Assembly (NCBI GenBank): GCA_963757585.1
Contig: CAVWRT010000003.1
Location: 5,521-69,520 of the forward strand
Source of the DNA: Rubricoccaceae bacterium
GTDB lineage: Bacteria > Bacteroidota > Rhodothermia > Rhodothermales > Rubricoccaceae
Length of the DNA stretch: 64,000 nucleotides
Direction of reading: 5' to 3'
Position 1 is the stretch's first letter, and each line of letters begins with the position of its first letter. Below the pieces are notes generated by a model. The model was not told the DNA's origin and did no database searches. It worked only from the letters and a program-made list of their open reading frames with translations. Below, piece after piece: positions 22,572 through 34,716 of the stretch. A program made the translations under genes and the position numbers.

Positions 22572-23192
22572 ATGAGCGCACTTTTAGGCCGCAAAGTCGG
22601 CATGACGAGCGTCTTCGACGCGTCCGGCCGCCAGACGGTGGTGACGGTAATCGAAGCCGGCCCGTGCCACGTGACGCAGGTCAAGACGCCCGACACGGAC
22701 GGCTACTCGGCCATCCAGGTCGGCTACGGTGACCGCAAGGCCAAGCACACGACCAAAGCTCAGCAGGGCCACTTCGAGGCCGCCGGCGTCGACTTCAAGC
22801 GACACGTCGTCGAGTTCCGCAACGTCGACCTCGACGTGACGCTGGGCGACGAGCTGACCGTCGAGCGCTTCGAGGTCGGTGACCGCGTCGCGATCTCGGG
22901 CACGTCCAAGGGCAAGGGCTTTCAGGGCGTCGTGAAGCGGCACAACTTCGCCGGCGTCGGCGACGCCACGCACGGCCAGCACAACCGCCAGCGCGCCCCG
23001 GGCTCCATCGGGCAGGCGTCCGACCCGTCGCGCGTGTTCAAGGGCACCAAGATGGCGGGCCGCACCGGCGGCGACCGCGTCACGGTCAAGAACGTCCGCG
23101 TGGTCGCGACCTACCCGGACAACAACCTGATCCTGGTCAAGGGCGCGATCCCTGGACACAAGAACGGGATCATCGAAATCCGCAAGGCCTAG
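22572..23192 (+). CDS. rplC: 50S ribosomal protein L3
   Basis: GRKVGMT, SKGKGFQGVVKRH, RAPGSIG. Confidence 0.99.
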   Translation: MSALLGRKVGMTSVFDASGRQTVVTVIEAGPCHVTQVKTPDTDGYSAIQVGYGDRKAKHTTKAQQGHFEAAGVDFKRHVVEFRNVDLDVTLGDELTVERFEVGDRVAISGTSKGKGFQGVVKRHNFAGVGDATHGQHNRQRAPGSIGQASDPSRVFKGTKMAGRTGGDRVTVKNVRVVATYPDNNLILVKGAIPGHKNGIIEIRKA

Positions 23193-23251
23193 CGCGTGTG
23201 GCGGGTCGGCTGAGTCCGACGCGCTCGCACCGTGCCACACGCACCAGAACC

Positions 23252-24055
23252 ATGAAACTGACTGTCTACAACCGCGACGGCGCCGAGGCGGGCCGCTCGA
23301 TTGAGCTCGACGATGCCGTGTTCGGCATCGAGCCGAACGACCACGCCATCTGGCTCGACGTCCGCTCGATTCAGGCGGCGGGCCGCCAGGGCACGCACAA
23401 GACCAAGGAGCGCGGCGAAGTCGCCAAGTCGCGCCGCAAGCTGTACCGCCAGAAGGGGACGGGCAACGCCCGCGCGGGTGACGCCAAGAGCCCGCTCCGC
23501 AAGGGCGGCGGCACCATCTTCGGCCCCAAGCCGCACAAGTACAACGTCGGCGTCAACAAGAAGACCAAGCAGCTGGCTCGCCGCTCTGTGCTGGCGCACA
23601 AGCTCAACGAGTCCGCGCTGCGGATCGTGGAGGACCTGAAGCTGGACGCGCCCAAGACGCGAGAGGTCGCGGGCATGATCGCGAGCAACGGCGTCACCGC
23701 CGGCCGCACGCTGATCCTGACGAACGGCCAGGACGACACGTTCTACCGCTCGGCGCGCAACCTCAAGAAGGTGGTGGTAAAGCCGGCCGACCAGGCCTCA
23801 ACGCTGGACCTGCTCAACGCCAAGACCGTGTTTCTCCAGGAGGGCGCTGTCGAGGCGCTGACGGAGGCTCTGCGTCCCGCGGCGAAGGCCTCGGCCGAGA
23901 CGGCACCGCCCGCCTCGGACGCCCCGAAGGCCGCGCCCGCGAAGGCGGCGCCTGTGGAGGCCACCCCGAAGGCCGCGCCTGCGAAGGCCGCCACGACAGA
24001 GACTCCTGACTCCGCCGACGCCGCGCCCGAGGCGGACACCGACACCGAGGCCTAG
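23252..24055 (+). CDS. rplD: 50S ribosomal protein L4 with Ala/Pro/Lys and acidic C-terminal tail
   Basis: [29 protein letters not shown]. Confidence 0.98.
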   Translation: MKLTVYNRDGAEAGRSIELDDAVFGIEPNDHAIWLDVRSIQAAGRQGTHKTKERGEVAKSRRKLYRQKGTGNARAGDAKSPLRKGGGTIFGPKPHKYNVGVNKKTKQLARRSVLAHKLNESALRIVEDLKLDAPKTREVAGMIASNGVTAGRTLILTNGQDDTFYRSARNLKKVVVKPADQASTLDLLNAKTVFLQEGAVEALTEALRPAAKASAETAPPASDAPKAAPAKAAPVEATPKAAPAKAATTETPDSADAAPEADTDTEA

Positions 24056-24057
24056 AC

Positions 24058-24351
24058 ATGAACGAGATCATCATCGAGCCCGTCCTGACCGAGAAGTCGT
24101 CGCGCCTGGCCGCAGAAGGCCGGCACTACAGCTTCAAGGTTGCCAAGGAGGCCAACAAGCTCCAGATCCGCAAGGCGATGGAGGAGCGCTACCCAGAGAT
24201 CGACATCAAGGAGGTCCGCACCATGGTCGTGCGCGGCAAGCGCCGCCGCCAGTTCACCAAGCGCGGGCTGCTCCAGGGCCGCCAGCCGGGCTGGAAGAAG
24301 GCCGTCGTCACGCTCAACTCGGGCGAGATCGACTTCTACGAGACTATCTAA
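24058..24351 (+). CDS. rplW: 50S ribosomal protein L23
   Basis: PVLTEKS, ANKLQI, WKKAVVTL. Confidence 0.97.
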   Translation: MNEIIIEPVLTEKSSRLAAEGRHYSFKVAKEANKLQIRKAMEERYPEIDIKEVRTMVVRGKRRRQFTKRGLLQGRQPGWKKAVVTLNSGEIDFYETI

Positions 24352-24406
24352 TCACACCAGGGCGCAAAGCCGGCGGTCGCCGCCGGCATGAATGCCCTCC
24401 CACATC

Positions 24407-25237
24407 ATGGCAATCCGTAAGCTCAAACCAACGACCCCAGGTCAGCGGCACCGCTCGGTCTCCGCCTTCGACACGATCACGAAGTCGGAGCCGGAGAAGA
24501 GCCTGCTCGACACCTGGAAGCGGTCCGGCGGGCGAAACAACCACGGTCGCAAGACCTCGCGCCACCGCGGCGGCGGTCACAAGCGGCGCTACCGCATCAT
24601 CGACTTTAAGCGCAACAAGCACGGCATCCCCGCGCGCGTAGCCGCCATCGAGTACGACCCCAACCGCTCGGCGCGCATCGCGCTGCTGGTCTACGCCGAC
24701 GGCGAGAAGCGCTACATCATCGCGCCGGACAAGGTGACGGTGGGGCAGACGGTCCACTCGGGACCGGGCTCCTCGCCCGACCTCGGCAACTGCCTGCCCC
24801 TGGCCGACATCCCGCTCGGCACGAACGTGCACGCGATCGAGATGAAGCCGGGCAAGGGCGCCCAGATGGCGCGCTCGGCAGGCACGTACGCCCAGCTGAC
24901 GGCGCGCGAGGGCAAGTTCGCGACGCTCAAGCTGCCGTCCGGCGAAGTCCGCCGCGTGCCCGTGACGTGCGTCGCCACGATCGGCACGACATCCAACCCG
25001 GACCACATGAACATCGAGATCGGCAAGGCCGGTCGCTCGCGCTGGCTGGGCATCCGCCCCCAGACGCGTGGCGTGGCGATGAACCCCGTCGACCACCCGA
25101 TGGGCGGTGGCGAGGGCAAGTCGTCCGGTGGTCACCCCAAGAGCCCGACCGGCGTCTACGCCAAGGGCTTCAAGACGCGCAAGAAGAAGAAGGCCTCGAA
25201 CCAGTTCATCGTCCGGCGCCGCAAGGCGAAGAAGTAA
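24407..25237 (+). CDS. rplB: 50S ribosomal protein L2
   Basis: [38 protein letters not shown]. Confidence 0.99.
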   Translation: MAIRKLKPTTPGQRHRSVSAFDTITKSEPEKSLLDTWKRSGGRNNHGRKTSRHRGGGHKRRYRIIDFKRNKHGIPARVAAIEYDPNRSARIALLVYADGEKRYIIAPDKVTVGQTVHSGPGSSPDLGNCLPLADIPLGTNVHAIEMKPGKGAQMARSAGTYAQLTAREGKFATLKLPSGEVRRVPVTCVATIGTTSNPDHMNIEIGKAGRSRWLGIRPQTRGVAMNPVDHPMGGGEGKSSGGHPKSPTGVYAKGFKTRKKKKASNQFIVRRRKAKK

Positions 25238-25239
25238 CC

Positions 25240-25521
25240 ATGGCACGCTCCCTCAAGAAAGGACCCTTCGTCCACTACAAGCTCCGCGCCAAGGTCGACG
25301 AGATGAACGGCGGCGGCAAGAAGCGCGTCCTCAAGACCTGGAGCCGCGGCTCCATGATCACGCCGGACATGCTGGGCCACACGCTCGCGGTCCACAACGG
25401 CAAGCAGTTTATCCCGGTCTACGTCACCGAGAACATGATCGGGCACCGCCTGGGCGAGTTCTCACCGACGCGCACCTTCCGCGGCCACGCCGGCTCCGGC
25501 AAAAAGGACCGCCGCCGCTAA
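25240..25521 (+). CDS. rpsS: 30S ribosomal protein S19
   Basis: [28 protein letters not shown]. Confidence 0.98.
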   Translation: MARSLKKGPFVHYKLRAKVDEMNGGGKKRVLKTWSRGSMITPDMLGHTLAVHNGKQFIPVYVTENMIGHRLGEFSPTRTFRGHAGSGKKDRRR

Positions 25522-25618
25522 CTCTTTCGCGCAAGGGCATGGGTCGCGGGACAGTCCGCGACCCCGCCGAGGCCGGCCTGGCCGACGCGACCCCGCGCCT
25601 TTACACCTGAACAGAACA

Positions 25619-26014
25619 ATGGAAGCACGTGCCCTGCGGAGATACCTCCGCATCAGCCCCCGCAAGATGCGGATCGTGGCCGACGTCGTCCGTGGCAAGA
25701 ACGCGCAAGCCGCGATCACCACGCTCGAGTTTATGCCGCAAAAGGCCGCCGCGATGGTCCGCCGCGGCATCCAGGACGCCTACGGCAACCTGGTCGACCA
25801 GAACCGCGACGAGCGCATCGACGACGACGCGCTGATCGTCAAGACCATCATGGTGGACGAGGCGCCGGTCATCAAGCGGTTTCAGCCGGTCTCCCGGGGC
25901 CGCGCGCACCCGATCCTCAAGCGCTCGAGCCACCTGACGGTGGTCGTGGGCACGCCCGACGCGACCTCGCAGGACTCTCCTTCGATCAAGCGCGGCGAAC
26001 GCGTCGAGGACTAA
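25619..26014 (+). CDS. rplV: 50S ribosomal protein L22
   Basis: [26 protein letters not shown]. Confidence 0.98.
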   Translation: MEARALRRYLRISPRKMRIVADVVRGKNAQAAITTLEFMPQKAAAMVRRGIQDAYGNLVDQNRDERIDDDALIVKTIMVDEAPVIKRFQPVSRGRAHPILKRSSHLTVVVGTPDATSQDSPSIKRGERVED

Positions 26015-26040
26015 CTCTCACACTCAAGACAACCCGACTC

Positions 26041-26844
26041 ATGGGACAGAAAACCAACCCCATCGGCTTCCGTCTCGGTGTGATCCGAGGCTGGGACTCC
26101 AACTGGTACACCGACGGCAGCTACGCCGAGAACCTGGTGGAGGACTACGAAATCCGCCGCTACCTCGACGCGCGCTTGAAGCGCGCCGGCCTGAGCCGGA
26201 CGGTGATCGAGCGCACGCCCAAGCGCGTGATCCTGACGCTGCACACGTCGCGCCCCGGCGTGATCATCGGCCGCGCCGGATCGGAGGTCGAGAAGCTCCG
26301 CGAGGAGCTCAAGACGCTGACCGACAAGGACATCCAGATCAACATCAACGAGATCAAGCGTCCCGAGCTGGACGCCTCACTCGTGGCGCAGAACATCGCG
26401 CAGCAGCTGGAGGGCCGCGTGTCCTACCGGCGCGCGATGAAGCAGGCGCTGGGCGCCGCGATGCGCATGGGCGCCCAAGGCATCCGCATCAAGCTGGCCG
26501 GCCGCCTCGGTGGCGCCGAGATGGGCCGCGTCGAGCAGTACCTGGAGGGCCGCGTGCCGCTCCACACCATGCGTGCCGACATCGACTACGCCGAGGCCAC
26601 GGCCTTTACCATCCAGGGCACCGCCGGCGTCAAGGTCTGGATCTTCCACGGCGAGGTCATCGGCAAGCCCGATCTGAGCCCCAACGCGACCGCTCAGCGC
26701 CAGCAGAACGCCGCACCCAGCGTGCCGGAGCGCCGCCGGCGTGAAGGCGGCCGGGACGGCGGGCGCGACGGCGGCCGGGACCGCAACCGCGGTGGTGGCG
26801 GCCGAGGCCGTGGCGGCCAGGGCGGCGGCGGCGGACGCCGATAA
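26041..26844 (+). CDS. rpsC: 30S ribosomal protein S3 with Arg/Gly-rich tail
   Basis: [28 protein letters not shown]. Confidence 0.99.
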   Translation: MGQKTNPIGFRLGVIRGWDSNWYTDGSYAENLVEDYEIRRYLDARLKRAGLSRTVIERTPKRVILTLHTSRPGVIIGRAGSEVEKLREELKTLTDKDIQININEIKRPELDASLVAQNIAQQLEGRVSYRRAMKQALGAAMRMGAQGIRIKLAGRLGGAEMGRVEQYLEGRVPLHTMRADIDYAEATAFTIQGTAGVKVWIFHGEVIGKPDLSPNATAQRQQNAAPSVPERRRREGGRDGGRDGGRDRNRGGGGRGRGGQGGGGGRR

Positions 26845-26880
26845 CTCCTTTCTGACAGACTCTCTCTAGACCGTACTGAT

Positions 26881-27756
<876 letters not shown>

Positions 27757-27813
27757 TCGCACCCAGTTGAACCCGGCCTCGGACGTTGCGTCCGGGGCCT
27801 TTCCATGCAACCC

Positions 27814-28029
27814 ATGAAAGCGAACGAGATGCACGACCTGTCCGAGGCCGAGATCGAACAGCGGATCGCCGAAGAGTCACGCGACCTGACGGACCTTCGG
27901 TTCCGCCGGTCGGTGGCGGGCCTCGAAAACCCGATCGTGCTGCGCGACAAGCGCCGCGAGATCGCCCGTCTCAAGACGGTCCTGAACCAGAAGCGCGCGG
28001 CGCTCGCCGGCACCACGCCTGAGGCCTAG
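27814..28029 (+). CDS. rpmC: 50S ribosomal protein L29
   Basis: LENP...RREIARLKTVL; position after rplP. Confidence 0.95.
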   Translation: MKANEMHDLSEAEIEQRIAEESRDLTDLRFRRSVAGLENPIVLRDKRREIARLKTVLNQKRAALAGTTPEA

Positions 28030-28199
28030 CGGCTCCGGTGAAGCTTCGGAGAGGCACCGCCCCGCGGCCTGTCTCTGGCTGAACCTTCACCGCGACGTGG
28101 CTATCCTCGTCTTTCGAGCCAGGCGCGACCTGGCACTTACGTAGTTGGTGGGGTACCGGCCCACCAAGCGACTAGCACGCCCGCAGGGGCACACAGGCT

Positions 28200-28490
28200 A
28201 TGGCTACAGACACCCCGACCGCCGACGCGGCGGTCGCCGAGCGCGGCGCGCGCAAGTTCCGCGTCGGCCTCGTCGTCTCCGACAAGATGGACAAGACCAT
28301 CACCATCGCCATCGAGCGTCAGGTGAAGCATCCCATCTACGGCAAGTTCGTCAAGCAGACGACCAAGCTGAAGGCGCACGACGAGACCAATGACGCCAAC
28401 GAAGGCGACACGGTCCGCATTCAGGAGACCCGGCCGATGTCCAAGACGAAGCGCTGGCGCTTGGTCGAGGTCGTCGAGCGCGCCCGATAA
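28200..28490 (+). CDS. rpsQ: 30S ribosomal protein S17
   Basis: [26 protein letters not shown]. Confidence 0.99.
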   Translation: MATDTPTADAAVAERGARKFRVGLVVSDKMDKTITIAIERQVKHPIYGKFVKQTTKLKAHDETNDANEGDTVRIQETRPMSKTKRWRLVEVVERAR

Positions 28491-28544
28491 CCCCCCGCAT
28501 CCACTGGCGGAGGGCGCCAGTGGCTCGCACTCGGCACCACACCC

Positions 28545-28913
28545 ATGATCCAGCAAGAATCCCGACTCAACGTCGCCGACAACAGCGGAGCCAAGCAGGT
28601 CTTGTGCATCCGCGTTCTCGGCGGCTCCGGTCGCCGCTACGCCCGCGTCGGTGACATCATCGTCTGCTCCGTCAAGAACGCCATCCCTGGCGGCAACGTG
28701 AAAAAGGGCGACGTCTCGCGCGCCGTCATCGTCCGGACCAAGAAGGAGTTCCGCCGTCCCGACGGCTCGTACATCCGGTTCGACGAGAACGCTGCCGTCC
28801 TCCTCAACGACGCCGACGAGCCTCGCGGCACGCGCATTTTCGGGCCCGTGGCCCGTGAGCTGCGCGACCGCCAGTTCATGCGCATCGTGTCCTTGGCCCC
28901 CGAAGTCCTCTAG
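28545..28913 (+). CDS. rplN: 50S ribosomal protein L14
   Basis: [15 protein letters not shown]. Confidence 0.99.
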   Translation: MIQQESRLNVADNSGAKQVLCIRVLGGSGRRYARVGDIIVCSVKNAIPGGNVKKGDVSRAVIVRTKKEFRRPDGSYIRFDENAAVLLNDADEPRGTRIFGPVARELRDRQFMRIVSLAPEVL

Positions 28914-28917
28914 AGCG

Positions 28918-29304
28918 ATGCCCCGTACCAAGAACAAGCAGAAGAAGCTCCACGTCAAGAAGGGCGACGTCGTCGCTCTCACCAAGCGCATCACGGCGCA
29001 TGGCGGTGGGCAAAACGACAAGCCCAAGGGCCACCAGGCGCGTGTCCTGGAGGTGTACACCAAGACCGAGCGCGTGCTGGTCGAAGGCGTCAACCTGCGG
29101 CTCAAGCACACCAAGCCCAACCAGGCCTACCCCAACGGGGGGCGCATCGAGGCCGAGCGCCCGATTCACGTGTCCAACGTGATGCCTCTCGACAGCAACG
29201 GCGCTCCCACCCGCATCGGCCGCAAGCGCGTCGAGGATCCGAACACGGGCAAGTCCCGCTGGGTCCGCTACGCCAAGACGACCGGCGCCGAGCTGGACAG
29301 CTAG
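28918..29304 (+). CDS. rplX: 50S ribosomal protein L24
   Basis: HVKKGD, VLVEGVN, PIHVSNV. Confidence 0.97.
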   Translation: MPRTKNKQKKLHVKKGDVVALTKRITAHGGGQNDKPKGHQARVLEVYTKTERVLVEGVNLRLKHTKPNQAYPNGGRIEAERPIHVSNVMPLDSNGAPTRIGRKRVEDPNTGKSRWVRYAKTTGAELDS

Positions 29305-29367
29305 ACACCAGACTGAGGCGTGGCCGGCGGGCTTCCGCATCACGCCTCCCAGGTCTATCCCAACATC

Positions 29368-29934
29368 ATGGAGAACTACACACCCCGTCTCAAGGAGCGC
29401 TACCGCGCCGAGATCGCGCCGGCTCTGATGGAGCGGTTCGAGTTTTCGAACCCTATGCAGGTGCCGCGCCTGACCAAGGTGGTCATCAACAAGGGCATCG
29501 GTGAGGCGTCGCAGAACAAAAAGGTTTTGGACGACGCGCTCGTGGAGATGCGCAAGATCACCGGCCAGCAGCCGTCGGTCCGCAACGCGCGCCAGTCGAT
29601 CTCGAACTTCAAGCTGCGCGAGGGCATGCCCGTCGGCGTCACGGTGACGCTGCGCGGCGACCGCATGTGGGAGTTCGTGGACCGGCTCATCACGCTCGCG
29701 CTTCCGCGCGTCCGCGACTTCCGCGGCGTGCCCGACCGCTCGTTCGACGGCCGGGGCAACTACACGCTCGGCGTCAAGGAGCAGATCATCTTCCCTGAGA
29801 TCGAGCTCGAGTCCGTGTCGCGCGTCTCCGGCCTGGACATCACGTTTGTGACGACCGCCGAGACCGACGAGGAAGCGCACGCCCTGCTCAAGGAGTTTGG
29901 GATGCCGTTCGTCCGCCGCGAGACGGCCGCCTAG
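29368..29934 (+). CDS. rplE: 50S ribosomal protein L5
   Basis: [30 protein letters not shown]. Confidence 0.98.
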   Translation: MENYTPRLKERYRAEIAPALMERFEFSNPMQVPRLTKVVINKGIGEASQNKKVLDDALVEMRKITGQQPSVRNARQSISNFKLREGMPVGVTVTLRGDRMWEFVDRLITLALPRVRDFRGVPDRSFDGRGNYTLGVKEQIIFPEIELESVSRVSGLDITFVTTAETDEEAHALLKEFGMPFVRRETAA

Positions 29935-29988
29935 CCCTGCCCGCCTCGGCTCCGAGGTGGACCCATCCGACAGCAATCCAACGATCCC

Positions 29989-30258
29989 ATGGCCAAGAAG
30001 AGCGTTATCGCCCGAGAGAAGAAGCGCCGCGAGACGGTCGCCAAGTACGCCGAGAAGCGCGCCGCGCTCAAGGCTGCCGGCGACTACGAGGGGCTGCAGA
30101 AGTTGCCCCGCAACGCGAGCCCCGTGCGCCTGCACAACCGCTGCGCGCTGACGGGCCGCCCGCGCGGCTACATCCGCAAGTTCGGCGTCTGCCGCAACGT
30201 GTTCCGGGAGCTGTCCGTCGAGGGCAAGATTCCCGGCATCCGCAAGTCCAGCTGGTAG
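29989..30258 (+). CDS. rpsN: 30S ribosomal protein S14 (89-aa, non-zinc-ribbon type)
   Basis: [34 protein letters not shown]. Confidence 0.98.
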   Translation: MAKKSVIAREKKRRETVAKYAEKRAALKAAGDYEGLQKLPRNASPVRLHNRCALTGRPRGYIRKFGVCRNVFRELSVEGKIPGIRKSSW

Positions 30259-30343
30259 CAAGACTGGCGGCAGCTGCCGCCAGTGGCTACCCATCCATTC
30301 CTCTAGCGGCCAGGCGGGGACGACCCGAACCGGCCGAAGACAC

Positions 30344-30745
30344 ATGAGCGCACTCTCCGATCCCGTCGCGGATTACCTCACGCGAATCCGCAACGCCCAA
30401 AAGGCCCGGCATCCCTACGTCGACGTCCCGGCCTCGAACCTTAAGCGGGCCATCACCCAGATCCTGGTCGACAAGGGCTACGTGGCCGACTACGTCAACG
30501 TCGAGGACACCAAGCAGGGCCTGATCCGGGTGTACCTCAAGTACATGCGGGGCGGCAAGCCCGTGATCGAGTCCATCAAGCGCGTCTCCAAGCCGGGCCT
30601 ACGCCAGTACGTCGGCGCCGACAACCTGCCGCGCGTCATGAACGGCCTGGGCATCGCCATCCTGTCGACCAGCCGAGGCGTGATGACGGACAAGGAGTGC
30701 CGCCGCGCCGGCATCGGCGGAGAAGTCCTCGCCACCGTCAGCTAA
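30344..30745 (+). CDS. rpsH: 30S ribosomal protein S8
   Basis: [32 protein letters not shown]. Confidence 0.99.
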   Translation: MSALSDPVADYLTRIRNAQKARHPYVDVPASNLKRAITQILVDKGYVADYVNVEDTKQGLIRVYLKYMRGGKPVIESIKRVSKPGLRQYVGADNLPRVMNGLGIAILSTSRGVMTDKECRRAGIGGEVLATVS

Positions 30746-30774
30746 CCGGGCGAGAGCCTCAGACCCAGACCGCT

Positions 30775-31341
30775 ATGTCCCGTATTGGCAAGCAGCCCAT
30801 CCCGACCGTCGACGGCGTTACGCTCGACGTGTCGGCCAAGAACCGCGTCACCGTCAAAGGCCCCAAGGGGACCCTGGACCTTCAGATCGACCCCGACCTG
30901 ACCGTTGAGCAGACCGACGACGAGATTGTCGTGTCGCGCCCGACCGACCAGAAGCGCCACCGTGCCCTGCACGGCCTGACGCGCTCGCTGATCGCCAACA
31001 TGATCCAGGGGGTGTCCGAGGGATACACCAAGGAACTCGAGGTGATCGGCGTCGGCTTCCGCGCCGACGCCAAGAAGATGGCCGGCCTCGACGTGCTGGA
31101 GCTGGCGCTCGGGTTCTCGCACCCGATCTACTTCGTCCCGCCGGACGGCATCGACATCGAGGCGGAGACCGTTCGCGGTCAGAACCCCAAGATCAAGATC
31201 TCGGGCGTCGACAAGCAGATGGTGGGCCAGGTGGCCGCCAAGATCCGTGCCCTGCGCCCGCCGGAGCCCTACAAGGGCAAGGGGGTTCGCTACCAGGACG
31301 AGTTCGTCCGTCGCAAGGCCGGCAAGACGGCCGCTCGCTAG
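30775..31341 (+). CDS. rplF: 50S ribosomal protein L6
   Basis: [21 protein letters not shown]. Confidence 0.98.
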   Translation: MSRIGKQPIPTVDGVTLDVSAKNRVTVKGPKGTLDLQIDPDLTVEQTDDEIVVSRPTDQKRHRALHGLTRSLIANMIQGVSEGYTKELEVIGVGFRADAKKMAGLDVLELALGFSHPIYFVPPDGIDIEAETVRGQNPKIKISGVDKQMVGQVAAKIRALRPPEPYKGKGVRYQDEFVRRKAGKTAAR

Positions 31342-31399
31342 TTCACTCACCCAGCGCGGCTCGACGGCGTTCCGTCGGCCCCCAGCGCACACAAGCACC

Positions 31400-31753
31400 A
31401 TGGCCAAGACCGCCAAGAAAGTCATCCAGCGCGCGCGCATCCGCCGCCGCATCCGGGCGAAGGTCGCCGGCACGGCCGCACGGCCGCGCCTGAGCGTCTT
31501 CCGCTCCAACAAGCACATCTACGCCCAGGTCATCGACGACGCGACGGGCACGACCCTGGCCGCGGCGAGCACGCGCGAGGCCGGTCAGTCCGCCTCGGGC
31601 GTCGAGGCGTCCAAGGCCGTCGGCCAGCGCGTCGCCGAGCGTGCCAAGGAGGCGGGCGTCGACCGCGCCGTCTTTGACCGCGGCGGCTACCGCTACCACG
31701 GCAACGTCAAAGCCATCGCCGAGGGCGCCCGGGAGGGCGGCCTGACGCTTTAA
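31400..31753 (+). CDS. rplR: 50S ribosomal protein L18
   Basis: [26 protein letters not shown]. Confidence 0.98.
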   Translation: MAKTAKKVIQRARIRRRIRAKVAGTAARPRLSVFRSNKHIYAQVIDDATGTTLAAASTREAGQSASGVEASKAVGQRVAERAKEAGVDRAVFDRGGYRYHGNVKAIAEGAREGGLTL

Positions 31754-31766
31754 ACACACGAATCCA

Positions 31767-32402
31767 ATGGCACAGCAGCAGAACCGAGGAGGACAAGGCG
31801 GCAACCGTGGCGGAGGCCCCGGAGGCCCTGGAGGCAACCGCGGCGGGCAGGGCGGAGGCCGCGACAACCGCGGTGGCCGCGGGCGCCGCAACGACGGCCG
31901 CGACAACGCCGCCAACCAGTCGAACCTGATCGAGAAGCTGGTCGCGATCAACCGCGTGGCCAAGGTGGTCAAGGGCGGTCGCCGCTTCTCGTTCAACGCG
32001 GTCGTGGTCGTCGGCGACGGCAACGGCAAGGTGGGGCAGGGGCTCGGCAAGGCCAACGAGGTCGCGGATGCGATCTCGAAGGGCACCGAGGACGCCAAGA
32101 AGAACCTGATCGCCGTTCCGGTGACGGGCACCGGCTCCATCCCCCATGCGGTTCGCGGCCGTCACGACGCGGGCACGGTCCTGCTCAAGCCCGCCTCGGA
32201 CGGTACGGGCGTGATCGCGGGCGGCGGCGTCCGCGCGGTGATGGAGTGCTCCGGCATCCGCAACGTGCTGGCCAAGAGCCAGGGCTCGTCGAACCCCCAC
32301 AACCAGGTCTCGGCGACCATGGACGCGCTCAAGCAGCTCCAGGACGCCGGCGCCGTCGCGGCTCGCCGCGGCATCACCATCAAGCAGGTCTTCGAGGGAT
32401 AG
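31767..32402 (+). CDS. rpsE: 30S ribosomal protein S5 with N-terminal RGG-rich extension
   Basis: [24 protein letters not shown]. Confidence 0.98.
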   Translation: MAQQQNRGGQGGNRGGGPGGPGGNRGGQGGGRDNRGGRGRRNDGRDNAANQSNLIEKLVAINRVAKVVKGGRRFSFNAVVVVGDGNGKVGQGLGKANEVADAISKGTEDAKKNLIAVPVTGTGSIPHAVRGRHDAGTVLLKPASDGTGVIAGGGVRAVMECSGIRNVLAKSQGSSNPHNQVSATMDALKQLQDAGAVAARRGITIKQVFEG

Positions 32403-32456
32403 AGGCCGGGCGGTCCTGGCCGCTCCCGTCCGTCTGCCCGCACCCCGACAACCGAC

Positions 32457-32636
32457 ATGGCAACGATCAAGATCACCCAGACCAAGAGCGTCATCCGCCG
32501 TCCCGGCAACCAGAAAAAGACCATGATCGCGCTTGGTCTCCGCAAGATCGGCAAGACGGTCGAGGTCGAGGCGACGCCTCAGATCCGCGGCATGGTCTCC
32601 AAGGTGAGCCACCTGGTCTCGGTCGAGGAGGCGTAG
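32457..32636 (+). CDS. rpmD: 50S ribosomal protein L30 (not in ORF track)
   Basis: Hand translation [59 protein letters not shown]. Confidence 0.97.
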   Translation: MATIKITQTKSVIRRPGNQKKTMIALGLRKIGKTVEVEATPQIRGMVSKVSHLVSVEEA

Positions 32637-32858
32637 CCTGCCGCGCCGGCGCCCGAGGCGGGATGTGCCGGGGTGGCGAGTAGCGGCGACGAGGCCTCGG
32701 CCAGCTTCAGGTTCACCGATTCCTGAATCCCGGTCGGCCCGGCTCTGTGCCTGGCCGACCTATCTTTTCCACGTGCCCCTGCGGCACCGGCGACTGCGAC
32801 TCACGACGAGCGCAGCGCCTCGCGAGTCGGCTCCGGCCGGCGTACTAGCCCCCCTTCG

Positions 32859-33323
32859 ATGGATCTCAGCAAGCTCACGCCCGCCAAGGGCTCGACCAAG
32901 TCCAAAAAGCGCATCGGCCGCGGCCAGGGCTCCGGCCTCGGCAATCACACGGTCGGCAAGGGCCACAACGGGCAGAAGTCCCGGTCGGGCGGCAGGGTGC
33001 CCGTGTGGTTCGAGGGCGGCCAGATGCCGCTCCAGCGCCGCGTCCCCAAGTTTGGGTTCAAGAACCGCAACCGCAAGGCCTACGATCCGATCAACCTGAG
33101 CCGCCTGTCCGCGCTCGTGGACGAGGGGCGCATCGAGGCCGGCGCCACGCTGTCGCCCGACACCATGACGTCGCTCGGCATGGGCGGCAAGAACGGCCGC
33201 TTCAAGATCCTGGGCGACGGCGACTTCGGCACCAAGCTGGACGTCCACGCCCACGCGTTCTCTGCGTCGGCCAAGGAGAAGATCGAGGCCGCCGGTGGCA
33301 CGGCCACCGTCGTCGAGGCCTAG
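32859..33323 (+). CDS. rplO: 50S ribosomal protein L15
   Basis: RIGRGQGSG, FEGGQMPLQRRVPKFGF. Confidence 0.98.
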   Translation: MDLSKLTPAKGSTKSKKRIGRGQGSGLGNHTVGKGHNGQKSRSGGRVPVWFEGGQMPLQRRVPKFGFKNRNRKAYDPINLSRLSALVDEGRIEAGATLSPDTMTSLGMGGKNGRFKILGDGDFGTKLDVHAHAFSASAKEKIEAAGGTATVVEA

Positions 33324-33378
33324 GAGAAGGCGGGGTTTCAGCCCCAGTCGCTCCCTCCGCATCTAGCACCCCACACGC

Positions 33379-34716
33379 ATGGCCTCGGTCGTCGAATCGG
33401 TTCGCAACATCTGGAAGATCCACGAGCTTCGGCAGCGGATCTTGTTCACCCTCGGGCTGCTGGTGGTCTACCGCCTGGGCTCGTACGTCACGCTCCCGGG
33501 CGTCGACGCGATCGCGCTCCAGGAGATCGCCAACTCCAACCCCAACCAGGGCGGCCTGTTCGGGCTGTTCGACCTGTTCGTGGGCGGCGCGTTCTTCCGA
33601 GCAGGCGTCTTCGCCCTCGGCATCATGCCGTACATCACGGCGTCGATCATCATCCAGCTGCTCGGCGCGGTCTGGGCGCCGATCCAAAAGCTCCAACGCG
33701 AAGGCGAGGACGGCCGGCGCAAAATCACCCAGTGGACGCGCTACGGCACGATTGCCATCACGGCGCTGCAGTCCATCGGCTACGCGATCAACCTGCAGTC
33801 GTCGTCCGGCGCGGCGATCGTGATCGAGCCGTGGGCCTTCACGATTGTGTGCGTGATCTGCCTGACGGCGGGCACCGTGTTCGTGATGTGGCTGGGCGAG
33901 CGAATCACCGAGAAGGGCATCGGCAACGGCATCTCGCTGATCATCATGATCGGCATCATCGCGTTCCTGCCGCAGGCGCTGCTCAACGAACTGCCTCAGA
34001 TCGGCGGCATCGGCCGAAGCGACACCAACATCTTCATCTTTATGATCGAGATCGCGGCGTTGTTCGTGGTGACAGCCGGCGTGGTGTACGTGACGCAGGG
34101 CACGCGGCGAATCCCGGTCCAGTACGCCAAGCGCGTCGTCGGGCGGAAGCAGATGGGCGGCACGACGCAGTACCTGCCGCTGCGCGTCAACGCGGCCGGC
34201 GTCATGCCGATCATCTTCGCGCAGTCGATCATGTTTATCCCGAGCACGATCGCCTCGTTCTTCCAGGACAGCGCGTTCTGGCAGACCGTCGGCACGGCGA
34301 CCGGTGACATCTTCGGCTTTTGGTACTCGGCGATCTTCTTCGTCATCTGCGTCTTCTTTACCTACTTCTACACCGCGATTGCGGTGAACCCCCAGGAGAT
34401 GGCGGACACCATGAAGCGCCAGGGCGGCTTCATTCCGGGCGTCCGGCCGGGGCGTCAGACGAGCGAGTTTATCGACACCATTCTGACGCGGATCACGCTG
34501 CCCGGCGCCATGTTCATCGGCTTCGTGGCCATCCTGCCCGCGTTCGCAGCGCAGTTCGGCGTCCAGCAAGGGTTCGCCCAGTTCTTCGGCGGCACGAGCC
34601 TGCTAATCCTGGTCGGCGTGACCCTCGACACGCTCCAACAGGTGGAGAGCCACCTGCTGATGCGCCACTACGACGGCTTCATGAAGACGGGCCGCGTGCG
34701 CGGCCGTCGCCGCTAG
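33379..34716 (+). CDS. secY: Preprotein translocase subunit SecY
   Basis: ALGIMPYITASII, GIGNGISL, IPGVRPG, FGGTSLLI. Confidence 0.99.
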   Translation: MASVVESVRNIWKIHELRQRILFTLGLLVVYRLGSYVTLPGVDAIALQEIANSNPNQGGLFGLFDLFVGGAFFRAGVFALGIMPYITASIIIQLLGAVWAPIQKLQREGEDGRRKITQWTRYGTIAITALQSIGYAINLQSSSGAAIVIEPWAFTIVCVICLTAGTVFVMWLGERITEKGIGNGISLIIMIGIIAFLPQALLNELPQIGGIGRSDTNIFIFMIEIAALFVVTAGVVYVTQGTRRIPVQYAKRVVGRKQMGGTTQYLPLRVNAAGVMPIIFAQSIMFIPSTIASFFQDSAFWQTVGTATGDIFGFWYSAIFFVICVFFTYFYTAIAVNPQEMADTMKRQGGFIPGVRPGRQTSEFIDTILTRITLPGAMFIGFVAILPAFAAQFGVQQGFAQFFGGTSLLILVGVTLDTLQQVESHLLMRHYDGFMKTGRVRGRRR

